Shown: one piece after another, positions 40,299 to 48,869 of the stretch
How the letters are laid out: each line of letters starts with the position of its first letter
How positions within the stretch are numbered: the first letter of the stretch is position 1
Sequence record: SRR20825019_2588
Length of the DNA: 64,000 bases
Reading direction: 5' to 3' (one strand)
Program-made: the position numbers and the translations under genes
The notes under the pieces: model-generated
The model's database searches: none
Told to the model about the DNA's origin: nothing
What the model saw: only the letters and a program-made list of their open reading frames with translations

Positions 40299-41810
40299 AT
40301 GTCAAAAGCAACTGGCGCAGTCAATAAGGGGCAAGAGGAATATGAGATTGCTCAGCCAGATCCCTCAGGTTTAGTTGAGTCACTCAGGGCATTTGGCTAC
40401 ACCCTCAAAACAGCAATCGCTGATTTAATAGATAACAGTATATCTGCCAAGTCCAAAAATATTTGGATTAGATTTGAATGGCTTGGAGCAAAGTCATTCA
40501 TTCTGATTAAAGACGATGGCAAAGGCATGTCTGAAACTGAGCTGGTCGCTGCTATGAAAGCAAGCTCCAAAAGCCCCTTGGAAGAGAGAGATCCTGAAGA
40601 TTTGGGTAGATTTGGCTTGGGTCTGAAAACAGCATCATTTTCGCAATGCAGAAAACTATCGGTTTTTTCTAGGCAAATAGAGGGGGACTTGGTCTCGAGA
40701 ACATGGGATCTGGATTATATAAATGAGTCGCGAGAGTGGCGTCTTTTAAAGCATCCGACTGGTAACCCACTTACGGAGTTTAATGAAAGTATTGAAGATA
40801 AAGGCACAATTGTGCTGTGGGAAAAAATGGACAGAGTGGTTGGTTCATCAAAGGAAGATGATAACGCTGCCTACAAGCGATTCTTAGAAACTATCGAGGA
40901 GGTACGTGCCCATCTTGGAATGGTTTTTCATCGATTCATTGATAAACCGTACGGACTGAAATTATGGATTAATGGTCGTAAGATTGAAGCATGGGATCCA
41001 TTTCTAACAGATCAAATTGCTACTCAGGAATTACCCTCAGAGAACTTTACGTGTCAAGGGACTGCACTCAAAATTACCCCTTTTATACTGCCCCACCAAT
41101 CAAAAATTTCTTCTGAAACTCACAAACTTGCCGCTGGTCCGGGAGGCTGGAATGCTCAACAGGGATTTTACGTATATCGTAATAAACGTCTTTTAGTTGA
41201 AGGCGATTGGCTTGGACTTGGATTTAAAAAAGAAGAACATTACAAGCTTGCGCGTATATTGATTGACCTACCAAACACAATGGATGATGCATGGCAGATT
41301 GATGTAAAAAAATCACGTGCAAAGCCGCCAGGTGAGCTGCGTGAAGATTTGAAGCGTATTGCAAAACTTGCTAGAGAAAGAGCTGTTCAGATTTATCGTC
41401 ACCGTGGGAAAGTCACAGCAAGGCGAAATTCACAAAGCCATGTCTTTTTGTGGGAACAAAAGACACGACACAGTAAATATTTTTATGCCATTAACAGAAA
41501 GCATCCTCTAATTGAAGAAGCACTGGCAGAGCTTGGTAAATCTAAATTGGAGCCAGTTTTGAGGATGCTCGAAGAGACAATACCTTCAGCACATATAATA
41601 ATCTCAGGTGCTGAGGAGCCCCATAAAATTGCGGCCCCATTAGAAGAAAACTCATATGAAGAAGTAGAGCCACTCATAGAAAAGCTCTACATGTCTTTTT
41701 TGAGTAATGGGTGTAGTGCTGATGAAGCAATAGAGAAATTAATACTTATTGAACCGTTCAATAACAGACCAGAATTTATAGAAATTTTTAAGACACATAG
41801 AAAGGGATAG
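40299..41810 (+). CDS. MORC/MutL-like GHKL ATPase (MzaB-like)
   Basis: AIADLIDNSISA, DDGKGM, DLGRFGLGLKTASFSQ, QGFYVYRNKRL, WQIDVKKS. Confidence 0.9.
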   Translation: MSKATGAVNKGQEEYEIAQPDPSGLVESLRAFGYTLKTAIADLIDNSISAKSKNIWIRFEWLGAKSFILIKDDGKGMSETELVAAMKASSKSPLEERDPEDLGRFGLGLKTASFSQCRKLSVFSRQIEGDLVSRTWDLDYINESREWRLLKHPTGNPLTEFNESIEDKGTIVLWEKMDRVVGSSKEDDNAAYKRFLETIEEVRAHLGMVFHRFIDKPYGLKLWINGRKIEAWDPFLTDQIATQELPSENFTCQGTALKITPFILPHQSKISSETHKLAAGPGGWNAQQGFYVYRNKRLLVEGDWLGLGFKKEEHYKLARILIDLPNTMDDAWQIDVKKSRAKPPGELREDLKRIAKLARERAVQIYRHRGKVTARRNSQSHVFLWEQKTRHSKYFYAINRKHPLIEEALAELGKSKLEPVLRMLEETIPSAHIIISGAEEPHKIAAPLEENSYEEVEPLIEKLYMSFLSNGCSADEAIEKLILIEPFNNRPEFIEIFKTHRKG

Positions 41811-41811
41811 C

Positions 41812-44583
41812 ATGGCTCACTACGATTATGATGATGTTAAATCAAACATCATGAGAATTCTTCGTAAAAAGGAAACTGTAACTAAGGAAATGATTGTCAA
41901 TGAAATTCGATTAGTGATGGATGCGTTCAAAGCAGCCAATCTTGTTGATGATATAGATGAAGATGCATTATTTCGAGACATTTCAACACACATCAGTGTT
42001 TGGCAGCCAGATCCCTCAGTACTTAGAGACAAAAAGCACATAAACTGGCTACCTGAGTACAAATCAAAGATTGATTGGAATTTTTGGAGAAGATACCAGG
42101 AGTATTTAGAAGAAGAGAAAAACTGGTCAAGAAATGTCACTGGTAAGCTCGATTCAACAACGGACAACATTCTAGGTGACCTAGGTAACCCATTCCAAGA
42201 TGGTAGCTGGGATAGAAGGGGTATGGTTGTTGGAGACGTTCAATCTGGTAAAACTGCAAACTATACAGGACTGATTTGCAAAGCTACTGATGCTGGATAC
42301 AAGTTAATAATTGTTTTGGCAGGTATGACAAATGACCTGAGATCGCAGACTCAATCACGTTTGGATGCTGAATTTCTTGGCTTTGAGAGTGAACTAGGGA
42401 AACTCAATGAAAATGGAAGTCGTATTGGCGTTGGGAAACTTCAGGATCATGGTCAATTATTCGCACAGCCACTTACTTACAGTGCGAAAGATGGCGATTT
42501 TAGAGCCAAAAAAGGAACAAACATTAAACTCGGAGGAAACCCACTCCTTTTGGTTGTAAAAAAGAACAAATCGGTCTTAGAAAGAATCATTAAGTGGGTT
42601 GAGAGTCAGGGCGTCACCCATCCCGAGACAGGGAAAAAGATAGTAAAGGATATTCCTTTGTTGTTATTGGATGATGAGGCAGATAATGCATCGGTTAATA
42701 CTAACCCTGATGAAGATGATGATCCGACGACCATAAATAAAGCAATAAGAAAAATCTTAAATGTATTTTCTCAAAGTTCTTATGTAGGTTACACCGCTAC
42801 TCCATTTGCAAATATATTCATACTTCCAGATGAGGAACGAGCTGATCCTTCAGAGTATGGACCGGATTTATTTCCAAGAAATTTCATTTATTACATTAAC
42901 CCTCCAAATAATTATGTAGGTGCAAAACAAGTATTTGGCTTACCTGATGATGTCGATGACTATGACGAAAACAATCTACAGCTTCCACTCATCAGGGATG
43001 CAAATGACGGCAATATTGTTTTCCCCCCTAGACACAGAACTGACCTGAGAGTACCCAATCTTCCAGAAAGTTTAATAGAGGCGATTCATACCTTCATATT
43101 GAGCTGTGCAGCTAGGCGAGTTAGAGGTCAAAAAGACGTTCATAACTCGATGTTAATTCACGTTACAAGATTCAATTTGGTACAAGAAAAAGTCATTGAA
43201 TTAGTGAGTACAGAGCTGGTCAACATTCAGAGGATGCTTGACTACAAAACTGGCAAACTAGCTAGAGATCTCCTATTAGATTTGGCAAACCTCTGGAAAA
43301 AGGATTTTGTTGATACTACTGAAACTCTTATCAAAGAAATTGATGATGAAAGCCTTACCTCAATCGCCTGGTCTGATGTGGAGAGTGAGTTGCTTGAAGC
43401 TGCCTCAAAAATTGAGGTCAGGGGGATAAATGGTATGGCTGGAGGTCAGCTTGACTATGATGACCATCCCAGAGGTCTGAATGTAATAGCAGTTGGTGGC
43501 GATAAGTTATCAAGAGGATTGACACTTGAATCATTGACGGTCAGTTACTATTTGCGCCCAGCAAGAAATTACGACACGCTCCTCCAGATGGGACGTTGGT
43601 TCGGATATCGTCCTGGCTATTTAGATCTATGCAGACTCTTTACCACAGAAGAAATTGTTGGCTGGTACCAACACATATCAGTTGCAACAGAAGAATTAAA
43701 GCGTGAGTTTAGCCTTATGGAGCTGAGTCACCTCACGCCCGAAGATTACGGCTTGAAGGTTAGAACTCATCCAGATGGTTTGAATATAACTGCTGCAAAC
43801 AAAATTCGTAACGGAACTCGATTGCAAGTAGCATTTTCTGGGCAGCTTTCACAGACAACAGTTTTTCAAAAAGACAACTATATACAGAAACGTAATTTTG
43901 AACATACTGATGGATGGCTAAAAAAACTTGGTCTTACAAACACAAAATTAAGTAGTGATAACAGGTTTGTATGGTCAGATGTTTCATCCGATTTGGTTAA
44001 GCTGTTTCTCAAGGACTTTAGAACACACCCAGCTTGCAGAAAGGCTGAGACAGATTTGTTAATCAAATATATTGAGAAGCTAAATGAATACGATGAGTTG
44101 AAGGATTGGACTGTAGCGCTTATTTCTAATACTTCAGCTCAGAATAGCTATATGGTTGGCTCACAAAACGTTGGGTTGATTAAAAGGAGTGATAGCACTC
44201 CACACACCGACCTTTACATGTTGCCAAATTCCAACATATTAAGCCCAAATGACCAAATGCTAGACTTGGATGAGGCACAAATCGGACAGGCACTTAAGGA
44301 AACTCAAGAGGCCTGGGCGCAAGGAAAGTCTAGGGCGAAAAACAAACCTCAAGCACCAAGTGGACCGTTCATCAGGAAAGCACGACCAAAAGAAAAAGGA
44401 TTGCTGCTAGTTTATCCCCTAGATAACACTCTAGTTCTTCTCGATAATAATAGCTTTACCGACACGCCAATTATTGGGTTTGCTGTTAGTTTTCCAGTCG
44501 GCTCAAGAGATGAAACAGTTGAATATCAGGTAAACACTAAATATTGGTCAGATCGCTATGGAGAGGAAGAAGATGATGCATAG
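41812..44583 (+). CDS. Z1-domain SF2 helicase-like protein (MzaC-like)
   Basis: GDVQSGKT Walker A, DDEAD, YTATP, SRGLTLE, QMGRWFGYR. Confidence 0.9.
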   Translation: MAHYDYDDVKSNIMRILRKKETVTKEMIVNEIRLVMDAFKAANLVDDIDEDALFRDISTHISVWQPDPSVLRDKKHINWLPEYKSKIDWNFWRRYQEYLEEEKNWSRNVTGKLDSTTDNILGDLGNPFQDGSWDRRGMVVGDVQSGKTANYTGLICKATDAGYKLIIVLAGMTNDLRSQTQSRLDAEFLGFESELGKLNENGSRIGVGKLQDHGQLFAQPLTYSAKDGDFRAKKGTNIKLGGNPLLLVVKKNKSVLERIIKWVESQGVTHPETGKKIVKDIPLLLLDDEADNASVNTNPDEDDDPTTINKAIRKILNVFSQSSYVGYTATPFANIFILPDEERADPSEYGPDLFPRNFIYYINPPNNYVGAKQVFGLPDDVDDYDENNLQLPLIRDANDGNIVFPPRHRTDLRVPNLPESLIEAIHTFILSCAARRVRGQKDVHNSMLIHVTRFNLVQEKVIELVSTELVNIQRMLDYKTGKLARDLLLDLANLWKKDFVDTTETLIKEIDDESLTSIAWSDVESELLEAASKIEVRGINGMAGGQLDYDDHPRGLNVIAVGGDKLSRGLTLESLTVSYYLRPARNYDTLLQMGRWFGYRPGYLDLCRLFTTEEIVGWYQHISVATEELKREFSLMELSHLTPEDYGLKVRTHPDGLNITAANKIRNGTRLQVAFSGQLSQTTVFQKDNYIQKRNFEHTDGWLKKLGLTNTKLSSDNRFVWSDVSSDLVKLFLKDFRTHPACRKAETDLLIKYIEKLNEYDELKDWTVALISNTSAQNSYMVGSQNVGLIKRSDSTPHTDLYMLPNSNILSPNDQMLDLDEAQIGQALKETQEAWAQGKSRAKNKPQAPSGPFIRKARPKEKGLLLVYPLDNTLVLLDNNSFTDTPIIGFAVSFPVGSRDETVEYQVNTKYWSDRYGEEEDDA

Positions 44584-45589
44584 CGAAATTTGGGAAGAGC
44601 TGGAAACAAGAGCCTCCAGAGAAAGAGGCATTGGTACCTTAAAAAGGATGATAGGTACAAAAAAAATCTGCCCAATGTTTATAGGTATCAACCGTCCCGG
44701 AAACATAAGGGTATTCATCCTTGAAGTTCCTAAAGATAACTTGCCTTCACCAAGTCGCATTCCGGACTCTAACGGTTTCGATTTTAAAGTACAGATTGTT
44801 GGTGATGAGACAAACCGGGACCACGTCAGCCTGATACTTTACTCAGCCAGTTCCAGATATGATGAAATTTTTGCTTCTATATCGAATGATCTCTTCTTAA
44901 ATTTAAATGAATTAACAACTACTAAAGAAATTGTTTCTAAATTCTTGAACAGACTACAACTCTGGCAGTCATTCTTTCAGAAGCAAAACTCAGATGGTTT
45001 GAGTGAGGAAGCTCAAAAAGGTCTCTACGGTGAGTTGTTCTTTATAAACAAATACGTTTTTCCGAAGTTTGAACCCATGGAGTCGCTGACCTATTGGTTG
45101 GGAACAAATAAAAGGCAGCATGATTTCCAGTTTGGCGACCTCTCCGTTGAGGTTAAAACTACATCATCCAAACAGCATCAGAAATTACATATTTCTAGCG
45201 AGCAACAGTTAGATGATTCATTAGTGAATCAGCTGTATTTGTTTTTTATTTCAGTATCACTTATCGACAATCTAAATAAGACACTGCCATCACTAGTCGA
45301 AGAGGTACGTGAATATTTATCCATAAACACTGCTGCATTGGAACGATTCAACAGTATCCTGATTGAGAGAGGGTATTTAGATATCCACAGACATCTATAT
45401 GAATCGACAGGCTATTCATTAAGAAAATCAGGTTTTTTTCTTGTTAGCGATGATTTTCCTAGGATTACAGAACATGACCTCAGACCGGGTGTTGGAGACC
45501 TTAAGTACACTATTGATTTAGACGTGTGTGTGCCATTCTCCATCTCAGAAGATGAGTTTGTGACCAATTTAGAACGGTTAATGAAATGA
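44573..45589 (+). CDS. PD-(D/E)XK motif protein, DUF4420-like (MzaD-like)
   Basis: GLYGEL..W..HDF..VEVKTT..ISSEQQL..FPRI; overlaps Z1 stop. Confidence 0.87.
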   Translation: MMHSEIWEELETRASRERGIGTLKRMIGTKKICPMFIGINRPGNIRVFILEVPKDNLPSPSRIPDSNGFDFKVQIVGDETNRDHVSLILYSASSRYDEIFASISNDLFLNLNELTTTKEIVSKFLNRLQLWQSFFQKQNSDGLSEEAQKGLYGELFFINKYVFPKFEPMESLTYWLGTNKRQHDFQFGDLSVEVKTTSSKQHQKLHISSEQQLDDSLVNQLYLFFISVSLIDNLNKTLPSLVEEVREYLSINTAALERFNSILIERGYLDIHRHLYESTGYSLRKSGFFLVSDDFPRITEHDLRPGVGDLKYTIDLDVCVPFSISEDEFVTNLERLMK

Positions 45590-47631
45590 ATGAAAATGAG
45601 TTAATGGTTCAGTTCTTGGAGAATTTGCACCAAGAGGTCATATCTGCAGCTGACAGCGAAGGTGAAGATGGTGACTTTAGGGTCGACCAATTTACACAGA
45701 AAATGGCTGAATACCTGATTGAGGCTGGAGAGATTGATGATATTGAAGTCTGTTTCTACAAGAGTAAAGGAATGCAGATTAATGGATACAGCATAAGCTC
45801 TGATGAGGACTGCATTGATCTATTTGTGAGTGTTTTTAATCACAATTCCTCGCCAGTTTCAGTTACTAAAACTCAATGTGAAACATTATTTAGGCAGGCT
45901 CAAACAGTCCTAAAAAAAGGAATATCTGGATTCCATAATCAATTAGAAGAGGCTTCTGAAATATACGATGCTTTTCAGCGCATATATGAAGTACAGAAAA
46001 GTTTAACCAGATGTAGAATCTTTCTGCTGACAGATGGAATGGTAAAGCATACTGAATTTACAGCGGAAAGCGTAGATGACATCTCAGTATTTTGTAATGT
46101 GTGGGACCTTACTCGTATATACCGCTTTGCAAGCTCAGGAAAGAAATTTGAACCCATAGAAATAGATTTCCAAAATGAATTTGAGACGCTACTACCATGC
46201 CTTTCTCTGTCCGACCCTGCATCTGATTACGAGGGTTACCTTGCTGTAATACCCGGTGAAATATTAGCAAAAGTTTATCAAAGATACGGCCCAAGGCTCT
46301 TGGAGCGAAACGTTCGTTCTTTCCTCCAAGCTCGAGGCAAGGTAAACAAAGGAATAAGAAAGACAATTTTGGAGGAGCCTCATAGATTTTTTGCTTATAA
46401 CAACGGCATCACCGCAACAGCAGATTTGATTGAATTCGATGCTGAAGATAAATCAAAGATCAAGAAACTTAGGAATTTACAAATCGTTAACGGTGGTCAA
46501 ACAACTGCATCTCTCTACCATACAGCCATTAAGGATAAAGCTGAATTGGGAGGTATCTATGTTCAAGCCAAGATATCGCTCATACCTGAAGAATACGTTA
46601 ATGAAATAGTACCCCTGATTTCGCGTTACGCAAATAGCCAAAATAAAGTTAACGACGCAGATTTTTATGCTAACGATCCTTTTCATGTGGACTTGGAAGA
46701 GCTATCGAGAACCATATGGACTCCAGCTATTGGCGGGACAAGTCGCGCGACCAGATGGTTTTATGAAAGAGCCAGAGGACAGTACATGGATGCGAAGAGC
46801 CGGGAGTCTACACCGACAAGAAAAAAACAATTCGAGGCGACTTCACCTACTAGGCAGAAATTCACTAAGACCGACCTGGCAAAATATGAAAATACATGGA
46901 TGCAACTGCCTCACATTGTCAGTCTTGGTGCCCAGAAAAATTTCAATCACTTTTCGATACAACTAAAAGAGAGGGGAAGTGTAAAAGTCGATAAAAGATA
47001 TTTTGAGCATTTGATTGCAAAAGCAATATTGTTTAAACATGCTGATAAAATTGTCAAAGATCAAAATTATGGCGGTTACAAAGCTAATATCGTTACTTAC
47101 ACCCTTGCCTGGATCTCTCACCACACCTCACAAAGACTTGATCTGGATTCGATTTGGAACAAGCAAGAAATCTCTCCCGCACTTCAAGAAGTGATTAGAG
47201 AAGTTTCCATAATTGTTCAACAAAAGCTCACCAACCCACCTCAGAATCGCAATATTACTGAGTGGTGTAAACGCAAAGAATGCTGGGAGCAAATTAAAGA
47301 TACCAATATTGATGTAATTAGTCGCATAAATAATGAACTCCTGGACATTAGTAAACCAAGCGTCAACCAACCTGACATAGGCATTAATGCACCTAATGAT
47401 TCGGATTTAGAAGTCATTAAAAAGATTAAAACGGTACCGGCCGAAGAATGGTTCAAGATTGCAAAATGGGCCAAAGAGACTGATAACCTTCAGCCATGGC
47501 AGAGAAGTCTGGCATTTTCTATTGGAAAATTGTGTAGCCAGTCCAAAGAACCTAGCTACAAACAAGCCAATCATGGTTTGAAAATCCTAGACGAGGTAAG
47601 AAAACTAGGTTTTAAAGAGTCGGTTGCATAG
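45586..47631 (+). CDS. AIPR family protein (MzaE-like)
   Basis: LLERNVRSFL, FFAYNNGI, QIVNGGQT, WFYERARGQY; ATGA overlap with upstream gene. Confidence 0.9.
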   Translation: MNENELMVQFLENLHQEVISAADSEGEDGDFRVDQFTQKMAEYLIEAGEIDDIEVCFYKSKGMQINGYSISSDEDCIDLFVSVFNHNSSPVSVTKTQCETLFRQAQTVLKKGISGFHNQLEEASEIYDAFQRIYEVQKSLTRCRIFLLTDGMVKHTEFTAESVDDISVFCNVWDLTRIYRFASSGKKFEPIEIDFQNEFETLLPCLSLSDPASDYEGYLAVIPGEILAKVYQRYGPRLLERNVRSFLQARGKVNKGIRKTILEEPHRFFAYNNGITATADLIEFDAEDKSKIKKLRNLQIVNGGQTTASLYHTAIKDKAELGGIYVQAKISLIPEEYVNEIVPLISRYANSQNKVNDADFYANDPFHVDLEELSRTIWTPAIGGTSRATRWFYERARGQYMDAKSRESTPTRKKQFEATSPTRQKFTKTDLAKYENTWMQLPHIVSLGAQKNFNHFSIQLKERGSVKVDKRYFEHLIAKAILFKHADKIVKDQNYGGYKANIVTYTLAWISHHTSQRLDLDSIWNKQEISPALQEVIREVSIIVQQKLTNPPQNRNITEWCKRKECWEQIKDTNIDVISRINNELLDISKPSVNQPDIGINAPNDSDLEVIKKIKTVPAEEWFKIAKWAKETDNLQPWQRSLAFSIGKLCSQSKEPSYKQANHGLKILDEVRKLGFKESVA

Positions 47632-47667
47632 GTTTTCGTTAAAACAAAAATATGATCATGGAAGACT

Positions 47668-48861
47668 ATGACAAGAGATTTACCATCGCCAGATAGAGTG
47701 ATTTCCCTTGGTGAGGGGTTACCAAAGATTCCTGAACGGTTACTGTTAGCACATGCCCGAGGTGAAGTTCTATTCATTTGTGGTGCTGGAGTTTCGATGC
47801 CTAAGTTACCTGACTTTAGGAAATTAGTTATTCAGGTATACAGCGTCCTAGATACTGCTGTTCACAAAGTCATCGATGCATTACCTAGTGGAATCTGTAA
47901 TCACTGGGAAACAGATGTTTCTATACTCAATGAGTCCCAAAAAGCTGAAGTCAAGCGTTTTATCGTCGGTGATTATGATGTTGTCCTTGGAATGCTGGAA
48001 AGGCGGTTGGATGGTCAAACCTTGGGTGACAGTAAGGTCAGAAAAGCTGTTAAGAAATGTCTCAAAACCACTGGAGTTGGGCCAGCTCAAATTCACCGCT
48101 CCTTAATGAAGCTATCAGATAGAGGTGGAGTTACAACAGTTGTCACAACCAACTTTGATTTACTTCTCGAAAGTGCAAATACTTCCAAAAGTGGTGTGGT
48201 GCAAACCTATTCGCTAGGAGGTATTCCCAGACCCACAAGGCAGTCAGATTTTGCAGGGGTCTTACATATACATGGTGCGCTTGATACTAACCCTAGAAGG
48301 ATCTCTGAGCTAGTTCTCACTGAGCAAGATTTTGGTGAGTTCTATCTTCGTCGTCGTGTAGTCCCTGATTTTATCTATGATGCAGCGAGGTTATTCAATC
48401 TTGTCTTGGTTGGTTATAGTGCAAATGACCCACCCATGCGTTATTTATTGAATGCAGTTGCAGCTGATGGTACAAGATTCGAAGATCTCAAGGAGCGTTT
48501 TACATTTCTCGGAATGAATAAGCCCGATCCAGTTGCTTTGGAAGATTGGAAAGCACGTGGTATTACCCCAATTAGTTATGACTCTAATGATGCACATAAG
48601 GAATTACATGACACCTTAAAGCGTTGGTCAGAGCTCTCAGCGATCAATGGACACCAAAGAAACCTTGATGCTGAAATTAAGCGAATCATGAAGAATCCTA
48701 GATCATCTACACCAGTAGAAAAAAGAGATTTATTTGATCACTTGATAAGACGAAGCAACTCTGCTGAGAGGAATAGGTTGTCTGAATTGGCATCAGCAGC
48801 AGGTGCAAATATTGATTGGCTTGATGCAATAATCCAAATCGGCGCAGAGAAAGAGAGGTAA
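47668..48861 (+). CDS. SIR2-like (SIR2_2) NADase protein resembling the N-terminal part of Dsr1
   Basis: IPERLLLAH..FICGAGVS, TTNFD, HIHG, DFGEFYL, VGYSANDPPMRY, W..RGITPI. Confidence 0.88.
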   Translation: MTRDLPSPDRVISLGEGLPKIPERLLLAHARGEVLFICGAGVSMPKLPDFRKLVIQVYSVLDTAVHKVIDALPSGICNHWETDVSILNESQKAEVKRFIVGDYDVVLGMLERRLDGQTLGDSKVRKAVKKCLKTTGVGPAQIHRSLMKLSDRGGVTTVVTTNFDLLLESANTSKSGVVQTYSLGGIPRPTRQSDFAGVLHIHGALDTNPRRISELVLTEQDFGEFYLRRRVVPDFIYDAARLFNLVLVGYSANDPPMRYLLNAVAADGTRFEDLKERFTFLGMNKPDPVALEDWKARGITPISYDSNDAHKELHDTLKRWSELSAINGHQRNLDAEIKRIMKNPRSSTPVEKRDLFDHLIRRSNSAERNRLSELASAAGANIDWLDAIIQIGAEKER

Positions 48862-48869
48862 TAATCCAC

